64,000 nucleotides of DNA from Eremomyces bilateralis CBS 781.70 (GCA_010015585.1 ML975149.1), one strand, 5' to 3'; positions 14,690 to 26,298 are shown, counted from the first letter of the stretch. Made by a program: numbers and translations. Notes: generated from the sequence alone by a model not told the origin.

Positions 14690-15390
14690 TTCATATTTCC
14701 CATTCGAAGTAAGGCGATCTTTCGAAGGTGGATGCTATATAGCATTTAATATTTCTGGAGGACCTTCTTGCATCTAAGACACCCTTTGGCAAAAGTGTCA
14801 TATTCTAGGCAGTGCCGTTATTTTGCCGCGGTGGCATCGGGCTCATCATCCCTTTAGATCGAATTGGACAGAGGCAGTGGCTTCGGGGCGCGAGATCCGT
14901 GTTCATAAATGGTAGGACGGAGAAGACCTAGGAATTAGCCCAAGATATCAAAATGGGAGTGTATACTCATCTCATTATGGGCCAAGAGATCGCCGCCGGT
15001 TGGTTTCGGTCGATAGCAAGCAACCCGACTTTTAAGAAGCGCGTGTATATCGCGACTATGGATAGGCTCTCTTTGGTGACCTTCTGGGGAAGTAGTATCC
15101 GTCTACAGCATGTATGTCAATCTTAGTAGTAGTCTCGTCATAACTGCTGTATTAGAAGAGTATAGAAGATCCTCTATTAAAAGGGAAACCTCGGGCTGCA
15201 TCATTGACTGCTTTAAACCACGACAAGGGATACCATCCCCTCTGAAACCCCTTCCCATTGTCATAGAGCGCATTTCTGCGTGATTTGAAATGAGCTAGTG
15301 CTTAATATCTTCTCGATAGTCAAAATTATCATATATAAATATATAATATAGGCATTCAGTTGCTGACTATATCGATGGACCGTCCCCAAG
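14690..15390 (+). pseudogene. RecQ-like (SF2) helicase remnant, probably transposon-borne
   Basis: Frame +1 from 14722 reads KVDAI*HLIFLEDLLASKTPFGKSVIF*AVPLFCRGGIGLIIPLDRIGQRQ...GVYTHLIMGQEIAAGWFRS...KRVYIATMDRLSLVTFWGSSIRLQH. This gives a Walker A (KTxFGKS), motif Ia (IIPL..IG..Q), a motif Ib-like stretch, and a degenerate DExH plus the RecQ WGxxxR loop. TAG stops occur at 14740, 14806 and 14929. Confidence 0.8.
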
Positions 15391-15396
15391 TTATAA

Positions 15397-16287
15397 TCAG
15401 TCGACATCTATACTGAGAGGCGGTAAGGATGCCTCTGCTTGTTCTGCCACAGTTTCGAGATGCCTGTGGACTCCCTTGTAGCCTTCACAAACCCCAAACT
15501 GGTGAAGAAGATCGAGGATACACTGTTTCACGCCATTTGAATGTAGAAAAACACCAAATAAGTGGGGAAACTTGTTGCTCCCTTCTGACGCCCGAGAATA
15601 GCAGAGAATGGACGTGATTATCGCAATCCTGTGGTTGAACTTGGCAGGATCCCGTGGTGGTCGATCTTTTCTCTCTGTCTTGGGCGCCATGAGGCCTTTG
15701 AGCAATCCACATAGAAGAGGAGCACGAGTGTTAACTTGCTCGTACATCTGCCCAAACTGCATGTCGCCTAGCATGCGCTCGTAGTCCTTGACTTTCTGAC
15801 CCTCTGACTGTTTCTCCCTCCCCACACCGGCAGGTGAAGTCTCCTCTTGGACACGGTCGACTTGGTAGGCACTAAACATACCTCCGGCTCCTTCCAGTTC
15901 CTTCATTTCCTTCCTCAGAGCCTTTACAGTGATAATTCCTGCCGCACCAGACGCGGGATGTTCTCGCAGTGCGTCTAAGACCTCTGGCTGACCGTAGACG
16001 GCCTCTGCGAGCCGTTTAGCACGCGTGGCAGGGCGCTCCCCATAACCACTTGACCCTTGAGTCGTCGCGTAGACATGGATAAATTCTCGTAATGTAATGT
16101 TTTTTTTCCGCATGAATTGGCATATCTCATTTACTCTCTGCGCCTTACTGCGTCTTTGAGACCCTCTTACCTTCTGACGAGGTGTATTAGATGTGTTTGA
16201 GGGTGCAATATGCTGAGGACTTGGAGCGGCTGGCAGGGTGAGCGGGTTCAACTGCACGCTCTGACAATGCTGGTTTTGGGCCGACAT
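15397..16287 (-). CDS. transposase-like protein fragment (N-terminal part of a DUF6589/Academ-type transposase), truncated
   Basis: 296-aa intronless ORF with RAPLLCGLL...SILCYSR...SNKFPHLFGVFLHSNGVKQCILDLLHQFGVCEGY. I recall this motif as lying just upstream of the catalytic region in fungal DUF6589-type proteins. The ORF ends where that domain would start. Confidence 0.55.
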   Translation of the reverse strand: MSAQNQHCQSVQLNPLTLPAAPSPQHIAPSNTSNTPRQKVRGSQRRSKAQRVNEICQFMRKKNITLREFIHVYATTQGSSGYGERPATRAKRLAEAVYGQPEVLDALREHPASGAAGIITVKALRKEMKELEGAGGMFSAYQVDRVQEETSPAGVGREKQSEGQKVKDYERMLGDMQFGQMYEQVNTRAPLLCGLLKGLMAPKTERKDRPPRDPAKFNHRIAIITSILCYSRASEGSNKFPHLFGVFLHSNGVKQCILDLLHQFGVCEGYKGVHRHLETVAEQAEASLPPLSIDVD

Positions 16288-16460
16288 GGCCCAAAATTAA
16301 ACCAATTATGGAGAAAAAGCAGGGGAATCGAATTCTTATGTTTAATTGATGGAGCACTGTGTGGTTGTGGATAAAAATGGAGTTAAAGATGGTCTTCCAT
16401 TTGGGATGAAAGTTGCCCGCACACACGCAAAAACGATGGACAGAATCCTCAGGCTACATA

Positions 16461-17167
16461 TTTGTTACCTCAGCAAGCTGAGGCTATTTGTGGTCGTGCC
16501 TGAGGCAACTAACTACACTATACCTAATCGGTAAATGCAGTTCTCGAACAAATAGCGTGAGGATCCTGTCAATGACGCATACTGACTGTTCGATAATTTA
16601 TATGTGTTTTTCACAATTTTGGAAACCTCACTTTTGCATATTCTTCAATAACAACACGAGGACTTATTATAATTGCCCTTAAATTCACTGGGCTGTGCAG
16701 CAAGATATACTTTATCTAGAATTTGAATTTTTTCCACTCCGGATGCTTGTGACTTGCAAAAAAAGCTGATATGTAAGAAACCAAACTGCAACAGAATCGT
16801 CAACCAACCACCGCAGTTCGAGTACCAGTTCGTAGCTATTCTCTGCTCTCTGGAGACGTTGGGTTCAGTCGTACGCTGCGCCGAGAGGAGGTTCGATCTG
16901 AAATCGTCCAAATTTCACTGGGTTGTCAAGAAACGATAGAGGATTCGATTGAACGTGTCAATTTTACTGTGTGATAGCTCGTTGTGGAGGAAAACGAGGT
17001 TGAAGTGATAAAATTGCTCTCATACAAACGATCTCGACTTGGGCCAAAAATCAATGACAGGATCCTTAGGCTATTTGGTAGAGGACCATACCAATTAGGT
17101 ATAGCGCGGTTCGTTGCCTCAGGCACTACCACAGTCCACAATGGCCTGAGCTTGCTGAGGTAACAAA
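16461..17167. repeat. ~115-bp imperfect inverted repeat pair (16461-16575 / 17051-17167) around a ~475-bp spacer
   Basis: The left arm TTTGTTACCTCAGCAAGCTGAGGC...GTGCCTGAGGCAAC...CTATACCTAAT...CAAATAGC...AGGATCCTGTCAATGA matches the reverse complement of the right arm block by block. Confidence 0.85.
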
Positions 17168-17177
17168 GGGGTGAGCC

Positions 17178-17434
17178 GGTGAGGCTCATTTCACATCCTA
17201 CTGTGCTCCATTCACACCCGCACCCCGCTCCATTTATTACCTCAGACTCTCAGGCACTTCGTGTGGGTAACCCATTTTGGGTTAGCGCCTTGGCGTCCCA
17301 CGAAGGGCCTGAGAGTCTGAGGTAACTGTGAATGGAGCACAGAGAGAGAGAGAGATTCATACGCCCGTCAGGCCTCTCAGCGAGGCCCATGTGGGGGTGA
17401 ATGGAGCACAGCGGGGTGTGAAAGGAGCTTCACC
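17178..17434. repeat. nested inverted repeats (17178-17215/17397-17434 and 17237-17267/17297-17325)
   Basis: CTGTGCTCCATTCAC pairs with GTGAATGGAGCACAG (copies at 17328 and 17397). TTACCTCAGACTCTCAGGC pairs with GCCTGAGAGTCTGAGGTAA. Confidence 0.85.
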
Positions 17435-18237
17435 CGTTCCCAGCTGCTCAGGGCTCACCTGACACACAAGCCACGACCCCCTGAATCGCTCAAGCCACAC
17501 GGTCTGAGCTCCTCTACTCTATTTTCAACTTTGACCTCGTAAACATTCTGTCTTCTTCTTCACGCAACGTCTTGAACCTATCACGCTTAGCTAGTAGACG
17601 TAGCGGTAGACTTACTAATATAACTCTATTTACTCCACCTCTATTGGTTCCGTGACAGCTTGAATCTCTCTCTCTCTCTCTCACACAGAACAATCAATCA
17701 ATCATCATCACAACCAAACCAAACCATAGCGTTATGCAAGATTTTGGAATTTCCGGTTTTGGCTAATCAGAATATACTAGTATTTTTGTGTCACGTGATT
17801 TATCTGTGCAAGGGGGGTTATTGGAGGGATTAGAAGGGGTCATTCTAGCATTTCCCTATAAAGAATAGAATGAGCGTGTTTTCCTAATCTAGTTAGCTGG
17901 CACCGAGTGCCAGTATTCTCTCAGTGTGAAATCCAAGTCTCCATCTTAGGTCGAAATTGAAACCAAGCGAATGAATCATAACTATTGTTCTCGCTCCCGA
18001 GATAAGAACGATAAGAATTGAAAACGATTATGCCCGTCACTGTAAGGGTCTCACTGTAGGGAATCTCCAATCGTGAGGCAAACATAAAATTGTTGCTATG
18101 AAGGAGGCATCTATCTAAAGTGCGCGAGGCGTTATGTGTCCTCGTGCTGCAGAGCAAACGGGCCACAAGGCCACAAAACATCCAGGTCCACAGCCCTCTG
18201 ATCCATCACAGTCACCTCAACATCCTCTATCGTCCTC

Positions 18238-18548
18238 CTAGGGGAGGAGGTCCTGGCCCGGCAAGAGAGATCCGTTATACTTAGCCTCCTTATGGGCTCG
18301 AGCAACCATGGCAGCCGAAGGGAAGTATTTGTCCAAATATGGCCAGAGCTCCAGGGATCCTGGGGTGTTGCGCCAGTCGCGCATCAGCTCTCCAAAAAGG
18401 GCAAACAACGATACAACCTGCACTCCAGCGTTTCTCATGCGGTGGTTTGCTTCGTCTCGGATGAATGTCGACGTCGTTGAAGATGCCTCCTGGTTGGCCC
18501 AGACGCTGTATCCGGCCTCGCGAAGAGAGAGGGCGACGAAGGTTGTAC
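18238..18548 (-). pseudogene. orphan 3' exon of an isochorismatase-family (YcaC-like) hydrolase
   Basis: After a CTGAC branch point and CAG acceptor (18551-18549) the exon reads (C)TTFVALSLREAGYSVWANQEASSTTSTFIRDEANHRMRNAGVQVVSLFALFGELMRDWRNTPG...LLPGQDLLP*. No upstream coding exon is visible. Confidence 0.75.
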
Positions 18549-19523
18549 CTGAGTATGCCAGTCAGCAATCTAGTCCGGAACCTCGCAATGGGATACATTA
18601 TTTATTCATTCTGTCATTATTTCCCGCGTTTGAGCCCAGACCTTTGATGGGGCGATTAGACACTCTCTACAAGACGTAGAGGGGAATTTGGAATATCATT
18701 GTCAACAAAACGAAATTCGGGAGATGCTGGCCTTAACACCAGACGTTGACTGTACTCTAACGATAAGAGTCAGCGTGACATTCCGAACAAAATTATCAAG
18801 GACATTCGAATGGAAGCATTGGATTAGATATCACAGCGCCATGCTGCATAAGATGGCATCCCGATTCACATACCGGAATCATATTGTCGCTATTGGATAA
18901 AAGGCCTAGTATGCTCCCTACCGAGCTCCCTTAAATAATCGCGGGTGTGCTAGCCGCAAATCAGCCCAGGATTGATACCATATTGCGGGGGAACGAAATC
19001 CAGACCAACGGGATTTAAGACGAACATAAGTTACATGGAAGTTGGAACAGGCACATAGTTTGATCAGATCTTGGTTCGAGATCTACGTCGTAGCGAAATG
19101 AGGTGGTCGAACCGGTCTACGATTTATACGATGGAGGATCTTAGGATGAGCGTAGACTTGCTCAGAGTTGAAAATGAATTCCTTGCCAAATTATTCGAAA
19201 CGTTGGATTCTTGCTCCGAGCTAGGAAGAGGAATTCTGACCGTATGTATTAGAATATGAAGCCTTTGAAAATGTAAGCTGATTTGGAGTTCACCATGAAA
19301 GCAGGCAGAACACCCTCATCATGTGACCCTTGGTCATAGGACAGGAGGGTCAACCACCGCAACTTCAATCGCTGCAACACATGTAGCCTCTGAGCCCAGA
19401 GGGGACAGCACACCATTCGAGAGTGCAGACTCCTTGTCACTACCCTCCACATGTGTCTAGTCCGGCAGCTGCCCCCAGTTTCTGAACGTCCCCTTCGGCC
19501 TGTCTAGTCTCAGTCGCATGTTC

Positions 19524-22500
19524 CTACTGTGGTGCTTGAGGTTCATCGACCTGCTTGTCTTCGCGTTCCGAAACAGGTCCATCCAGTCGATCAGCAGACC
19601 CCTCATGTCCATTCTCAATCGTGTCCAGCGCATCACCTTTCTCAGCCTCGCCTTCCGGACCGGGTACATTGCCTGTCACCCCCTCGACGATGTTTCCCTC
19701 TGCAAACCGCACTTGTTTCCTGCCTGGAGAACCTTCGCCAGATTCTTCCCCGGATATATCAGCGGGTATAATCTCTGTGACAACGGTGACTAGCTCAGTG
19801 TCCTTGGAATCAACTTCTTTAGGTGGTAACTTCGATTCTTGACCATTCACTGGAGCTGTTTCTGCCTTGGCACCGTCTACTACGATTAGACCGGGGTCTG
19901 AAGTGTGGTCGATGTCTGTCTCCAATGCAGGATCAGGCACGGCGCCGTTGCTCTGAGAATGGTCTGGTGGGCCATCAAGTAAGTTGTCGTCTTCCGTGAC
20001 AATATCCGCTTCAAGAGGGTGGTTTGAAGCTAGCGTCTCATCATCGGCCCGCATTGATTCGCCTTGAACAGCTGATGAAGGCTGCGTCTCCGCAATTTTG
20101 TCTTCTGCACTGGCAGTGGCAGTTTTCTCCGTACCGGACGGTTGCTCCGTACCAGAAGGCTCCACCACAGTAGGAGGTTCCTCCACAGCAACAGGCTCCT
20201 CCACAGCAGCAGGCTCCTCCGTAGCTACAGATTCTACCGCAGCAGAAGGCTCCTCTACGGTTGGTTCCTCCGTAGCTGGTTCCACCGCGGGAGTGGGCCC
20301 CTTTGCAGAAGGTTCCTCTGCAGTGGAAGGCTCCTCCGTAGCAGAAGGCTCCTCCGCGGCTGGCTCCCCCACGGCTGGTTCCTCCGCAGTCGGTTCCGCA
20401 ACTGCAGAATCTTCTACTCCGTGCTTGTGCTCTTGGGAACCTTGTGGTGTCTGCGCCTCGACAGATTCATCAACCCCAGGTTCAGCCTGTTGACCTGGAG
20501 AGGGTGCATCCACCTCTTTATTTCCAGGAGTTGCCGAGCCGGCAGGTTCTTCATCTTCCGTGTTATCCGTAGCACTCTTTGCCACAGCACCGGCACCAAC
20601 AGTTCCCAAGGCTCCGGCGCCTGCAACAGCAGCTGCCTCGCCCAAGGGCAAACCATCCTTTCCTCCCTCCTTCTCCTTCTCCAAGGCGTCTTCCAGCTCT
20701 TTAATCCGCAGTTTCGTGGCTTCGACGCCCGTAGACTGCTCAGCCAGCTGTGATCTCAATTGATCTACCAGATCTGCCGCTTCTTTGAGTTTCTTGAACT
20801 CCGCTGTTGCGTCATCGCGCTCCTTCAGCAGCGTCTGGAGCTGGGCAGTGTTTTTCTCAAGCTCCCCTTGGGCCTCTGCATGGGCTTTCTGTGCCTCGCC
20901 CAGCGCAGCAGCAGACTGGGACAACTGTTCGGTAATGTTTGCTAGGCTGGCGCTCCCGGCTTCAATCTCGCTCTTCAGGGATTCAATCTGTGACCTCGCC
21001 GCTTTCAAGTCCGATTCGACAGCTGCGTGGCCCTGCGCTTCGCTCTTGATCTGGTCGAGGGTGGCTTGGAGCCTAGTGTTTATGGCAAGATGGCTCTCCA
21101 GATCTCCGTTCAATGTTCCCAACTTTTCATTCGCAGTCTCCAGCTCCACCTTCGTGCTGGCATGCCGTGTCGTCTCCTCGGAAAGATTCGTTTGATGAAT
21201 GGTCTGCGCCTGTTCGTAGTCTTTCGTGAGCCGTTCGAGCTTGTCCTTGACCGTAGCAAGCTCGGCGGTAGCACTAGTGTGATTTGTCTCCAGCTCACTG
21301 ATCTTCACATTTGCAGCTTCGAGATCCGATTTTGCAGTGGCATGGATAGCAGTGACTTGACTAAGCTCGGCCTCCACTTTCGAGAGGGCTTCTTTTGCGC
21401 AAAGCAGTTGTTCACTTGATGCCTCGCCATTGACAGAGTTACTCGCAATGGTCTCATTCAGCTTCGCTATATCCGCTTGAGCTGTTTCAAGCGCCGCTTT
21501 GGCCGCATCATCGCTCTTGATGGCCGTCTCCAAATCTGACGCCAAACTTCCCGCCTTCGTATTTGCATTTGCGAGCTCCTCTCTTGTGCTATTGAGATCC
21601 CCGGTTACTTCGGCAAGTCTTGCGTCGATTTTGCCGTGCTTGGTCGTCCACCCCGAGATCTCATTCTGATTCGATTCCTCGATGGCTCGAACCGCATCCG
21701 CATGTGTCGATGTTAGTTGTTCAATCTCCGCTTCCTTCTCCGCAGACCGCTTCTTCGTCTCCTCTAGCTCCTTTCGCACGTCGTTGAGGGTAATCTGGGC
21801 TCTCGCATGATCTTGTTCCAAAGACTGGAGCTTATCTGCGTGAGAAGTAACCTCGAGTCGTTTGGATTCGAGTTCCTCGTTGATTGACTGGAACTCCAAC
21901 GCCAATGCATCAGCTTTTGCCTGAAGATCCGTTTTAAACTTCTGGCTCGCTTCAAGCTCTCTGGAACCCTGCTCTAGCTTCAGTAAAGCGTCCTGATGTT
22001 GAACCTTTAACGATCCTCGTTCCATGGTGAGGGACTCAACCTGGGATACAAGAGACGCGTTCTGAGAGGACAACTCGGCGTTCTCTGCATTTGCAGCCTG
22101 TGATGAAACTTGCAACGATTCGAGCGCTTCTTTCGCAGCCTTCAGTTCATCTTTGATGGTCTGCAACTCCGCTCTCGCTTCGTCCAGTTCGGCTTTCGCT
22201 GGACTGTCCTCAACGTTGTCCCCGTTCAGCACCGCTTCACGCGAGGCATCTGGCGCAGCTCCATCGGAAACAACTAGCTTTTCCCCGTATTCTTGCTTCA
22301 CGCGATCCTGTTTGTCATCAGCACCACGTTTCGTGAAAAATGAAATCGCCAGGAGGTACCTACCAGCTCCTCTTGATGGGTTGCCTTCAATTTCTCCTCC
22401 ACCGCCTCCCTTTCCACCTTCTTTGCTTCGTCAATTTTCTCCACCACATCTGCCGCGATTATTTCCTCCAGCTTGCTTCTCCGTTCCTCCAGCGCCTTCT

Positions 22501-22960
22501 CCTTGGCCGCATATTCTGCTTCCAACGTCTTCACATGACTCTCCAACTCTGCCAACCGCTCATCTTTCTCTACGATGGTTTCGCTCCCGTTGTGCTGTTC
22601 GGTTTCCGGATCTGTCGGTGAACCGGAAGTTTGGGCGGGCTTCGGGCTTTGCGGCCGTTGTCCGATCGTGCCACCAGAGTCGTGTTGGGATACGCTCGAT
22701 TCGATCAGTCCATCGGCAATAGGAACTTTGCTGGCTCTAGATACTGCTCGTGTATTGGTTGCATCCGTGGATCTCTCAGTCACCCCTTTTCGCTCAACCG
22801 CCGACAAGTCTTTAGATTTGCTTTGCTTGTGTCCGAACACAAACCGGTATGCTTTCTTTAGACTATTCGTTCGCTTGTGGTTGAGACCATGAGCGGCCGA
22901 CTCCAAAGTTGATACTGGGCCGTCCATTTTGGGCGGTACGACTCTCGGCTTCTCGTGCAA
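19524..22960 (-). CDS. large coiled-coil protein with an acidic Pro/Glu/Ala-rich repetitive tail; function unknown; 5' end uncertain
   Basis: ORFs 22298-22960 and 19524-22301 are joined by an intron at ~22364-22308 (EEL|DRVKQEY). A long heptad-like E/K/L/A-rich stretch is followed by EEP(S/A/T)A repeats. Confidence 0.75.
20140..20405 (-). repeat. coding tandem repeat encoding (A/T/V)EEP(S/A/T)(A) units
   Basis: GG(C/T)TCCTCC(G/A)(C/T)AG units recur in the DNA. The protein reads AEEPAVGEPAAEEPSATEEPSTAEEPSA... Confidence 0.8.
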
Positions 22961-24694
22961 TTTCCCTCGTAGAAATGATGTTCGAATAGAAGTGGGATGT
23001 GCAATTCTAATGAAGTCTCTTGTGGCGTCAAATATCTATCTCCTGGCGAACTCATTGTTAGCTCTACTGCTGGAAGATTTGTTGTTTCCAAGGGACTTAC
23101 TCTACTCTCCTTCAAGAAAAAACATGCAGTGATCTCAAATGCTCATTGTACGATAATCGTCACTCAAGGGTCAAGATATCATGGAAAGAAAGGTGCCGAA
23201 AGATTGTACACAATTCCACATGCTTTGTATGTACAGCTAGCAGAAAAAGAAAATGGAAACGTACACGCGCCATCTCCTGCCATGACCACCATCTTGCTCC
23301 ATCGTTGCGTTCACATTGACTTTTCTCGTGCCGGTCCAATCACCAGCAGCCACAAATCATCCATGCGGACGTATATCACGGTGCATCGAATAAGGGGACA
23401 TCACGTTGCTCCTATGGGGTGACGCAAGGGCCTTTGGGCGCGAACGGTTCAGAAAATCAGCAAATGGACCGGAAGCTAAAAGGTAGAACAATGTATGGTT
23501 CGACTCCAGGAGGCTCCAAGGCCCGAGGAGAGGAAGAATGAAAGTAGCGGTGGAGGGCAGAGTGGAGAGACGTGGATTGATAGTTGGCGCAGGGATCGCT
23601 ATGTGTGATGAGCTGGTTCATGTCGGGTGGAAGGGAATTGGATATTGATGCATGAACAGTCGCAGGTTCGCAGTGGTGAAGGGGCACGCATGAAAAGCGT
23701 GATCTTAGACTGTGAGTTTGAATACTTTCGATGCTAGATGGTTCTCCAGTTCCGGTTCTCGACAGCTTGAAGTTCAAGCACCCTGTTCCTGAGCTGCTCA
23801 AGTTCTGCTACTGTGTACTAATACCCAGAACCAGAAGCGCCCGGATTAGCATTATTGTCCCGATACGGAAATTTGAACCGTGATTAGCAAGAAGCTATGT
23901 GATATCCCCTACCCCCTAGGTGGCTAGGCCATCTCGTTGTCATGGAGTGTAGAGGTATCTGACTCGTTCGAATTGAACTGTGAATTGAAAATTTAAATGT
24001 GTAGAAATTCGAATGGAGATGAGGTGTTGCAGATCCACGAGTCATGTGCTGGACAAGCGTGGATGGACCTGACAACCAAGACGTCGTACAAGAATCTCCA
24101 GGAGTCATTCTGCGACATCCATCTATCCTCAATTCTTCTTCGGCATATATTCCGTGCTCATTTTGTACTTATAATGTGCCTTAAGTACCAAATACCAAGT
24201 ACCAAGTATAGTCCTGCATTTCAATCCTGAAATGGAGACTATCAAACCTAGACCAGATTTGGTCTCCGTACAAGTGCGAATCTTATGACTCATATATATG
24301 GAACCTGCTGCGATCTGTAGGGCGCGAGCGTGAATCCGAACAGTTGGGTTCAGCAATCGACCAACACATGTTCAATCACTTCATCCATGACGCAAAACGC
24401 TTAGAAATCCAATCTCACCAAAACAAGCACAATGGAATGGTTGGATCTGTTAAGATGATTGAGATGGTATTGTGGAAGGGCGTACCACGATTTCCGCCGG
24501 TGATTTCTCCGTTAAATATTTATACGCTTCATATCTCCGGGGGGTAGCCTCTGAATACTCTTTGTCTCTTCATATTCCGTACTCATATTTCATTCTCAAC
24601 CCGAGCGTTTCTAATCATTGCTCTAGTCACATTTTTCATGTCAAATCCCTATTATCACGTCTGGCACGGTACTACTCCAGTTCAATAGAGCACC

Positions 24695-25918
24695 ATGGCA
24701 CCTGACATTCAGCCGTTCAAAATCCACGTCTCCGAGTCTGCCATCGAGTCGCTGAACGACAAACTCGATGCATCCCAATTTCCCGAGGAGACCACCTTCT
24801 CCGATGACTGGAAATACGGCACTCCCTTATCCGATATCAAGCACCTGGCCCAACACTGGCGCGAGAAGTTCAACTGGCGGCAACAGGAAGCCAAGCTGAA
24901 TGAATACCCGCAATACACTACGAGTGTCAACGTTGATGGCTTCGGCGAAGTCGAGCTTCATTTCCTCCATCAGCAGACCCGGAATGGGAACAGCATCCCT
25001 TTACTTTTTTGCCATGGCTGGCCGGGTTCCTTTCTCGAAGTTCTTCGCATCCTCCCCCTCTTGACCTCTACTGCCCCAGGAGCACCCTCCTTCCACATCG
25101 TCGCGCCGTCCCTCCCTAACTTCGGCTTTAGCTCGCTCATCCAAAAACCCGGCTTCTCGATCCCCCAATACGCCGAAGCCCTGCATTCCCTCATGCAAAA
25201 GCTCGGTTATTCGCACTACGCCGCGCAGGGGGGCGACTGGGGCTTCATTATCGTCCGCATGCTCGCCCAATTATATCCCTCCTCTCTGCTATTCCATCAC
25301 CTCAACTTCGTGCGTGCAAATCCGCCCTCACCTACAGCACATCCGTTGCTCTACCTTCAACACGCCCTGACACCGTACACCGCTGCCGAGAAAAATGGAA
25401 TCGAGCGCACCAAATGGTTCTGTGGCCCCGGTTTTGCGTACAACGACCTCCAGGCGCATAGCCCGCATACTATTGGGATAGCATTAAGAGATTCGCCACT
25501 CGCATTGCTAGCCTGGTTGCATGAACGGCTGGTGCAGTGGACGGACAATTATAAATGGGATCTAGACGAGGAGCTGACATGGGTGTCGTTATATTGGTTC
25601 TCAGTCGCAGGCCCCGGTGCAAGTGCGAGAATCTATCACGAGAGTCGATTCGCGGAGTTGGAGAAGCATGACAAGTGCTTCGAATATAATGCAGGCGTGT
25701 TGCTGGGATTAAGTTATTTTCCTAGGGATCTCGTCGTTCCACCTACCATTTGGGGCAGAACTTTAGGAAAGGTGGTCTTTGAGAGAAGGCATGCTGATGG
25801 TGGGCATTTCGCCGCGTGGGAACGTCCGAACCTGGTTGCAGGAGATTTGCAGGATATGGCAAAGAGGGACCCGGTGAGGAGGATAGTAGAACAGCGGTTA
25901 GCAATCAAGCTGGCGTGA
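24695..25918 (+). CDS. microsomal-type epoxide hydrolase (alpha/beta hydrolase with EHN N-terminus)
   Basis: IQPFKIHVS and FNWRQQEAKLN (EHN), HGWPGSF oxyanion motif, QGGDWG nucleophile, GGHFAAWE catalytic His. Intronless, 407 aa. Confidence 0.93.
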   Translation: MAPDIQPFKIHVSESAIESLNDKLDASQFPEETTFSDDWKYGTPLSDIKHLAQHWREKFNWRQQEAKLNEYPQYTTSVNVDGFGEVELHFLHQQTRNGNSIPLLFCHGWPGSFLEVLRILPLLTSTAPGAPSFHIVAPSLPNFGFSSLIQKPGFSIPQYAEALHSLMQKLGYSHYAAQGGDWGFIIVRMLAQLYPSSLLFHHLNFVRANPPSPTAHPLLYLQHALTPYTAAEKNGIERTKWFCGPGFAYNDLQAHSPHTIGIALRDSPLALLAWLHERLVQWTDNYKWDLDEELTWVSLYWFSVAGPGASARIYHESRFAELEKHDKCFEYNAGVLLGLSYFPRDLVVPPTIWGRTLGKVVFERRHADGGHFAAWERPNLVAGDLQDMAKRDPVRRIVEQRLAIKLA

Positions 25919-26298
25919 ACAATGCTAAGAAGGTCAGATCGTCGTGTTTGGGCAGCATTCTGATGCGCAAGGGCAATCGGTAGGTAATCAATAATATTGC
26001 ATGTCATTTTCTATGCTAACCTTTCCTCACTCCATCTTAGAATATTGTTTTGGCCGTCATTGAAGCTACGAACCCAGTCTTCAGTTCTAGCTCACCTGTA
26101 TCACCAGTGAGAATACAAGATCGGATCAGGCTTTCAGCAAAAGTGACATCAACATTGCGGCGAAAAAGAAAGCCAACCAAGGTCGAAAACGTAGTCATTT
26201 AACCTACGTCGAACATAGTCTACCGAGAAAAGTATAGGGTATCCTCCATCTTGCAACAGAACTCGATACTCAATGAAACCCGTAGTTATTTGCTTTTC

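Larger units (their letters stand above)
14690..17434. mobile_element. putative internally deleted AcademH-like DNA transposon (helicase plus transposase in opposite orientation); ends not resolved
   Basis: A convergent RecQ-like pseudogene and transposase-like ORF are both 3'-truncated at the same junction (~15395) and are followed by an array of inverted repeats. Confidence 0.55.

Noticed and set aside
16461..17434. CRISPR-like or tRNA/ncRNA interpretation of the repeats
   Set aside because: Eukaryotic context; the repeats are inverted and irregular with no repeat-spacer periodicity or cloverleaf.
17341..17682. (AG)n and (TC)n microsatellites
   Set aside because: Short, ordinary simple repeats.
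18308..18679. 123-aa plus-strand ORF
   Set aside because: Antisense shadow of the isochorismatase exon.
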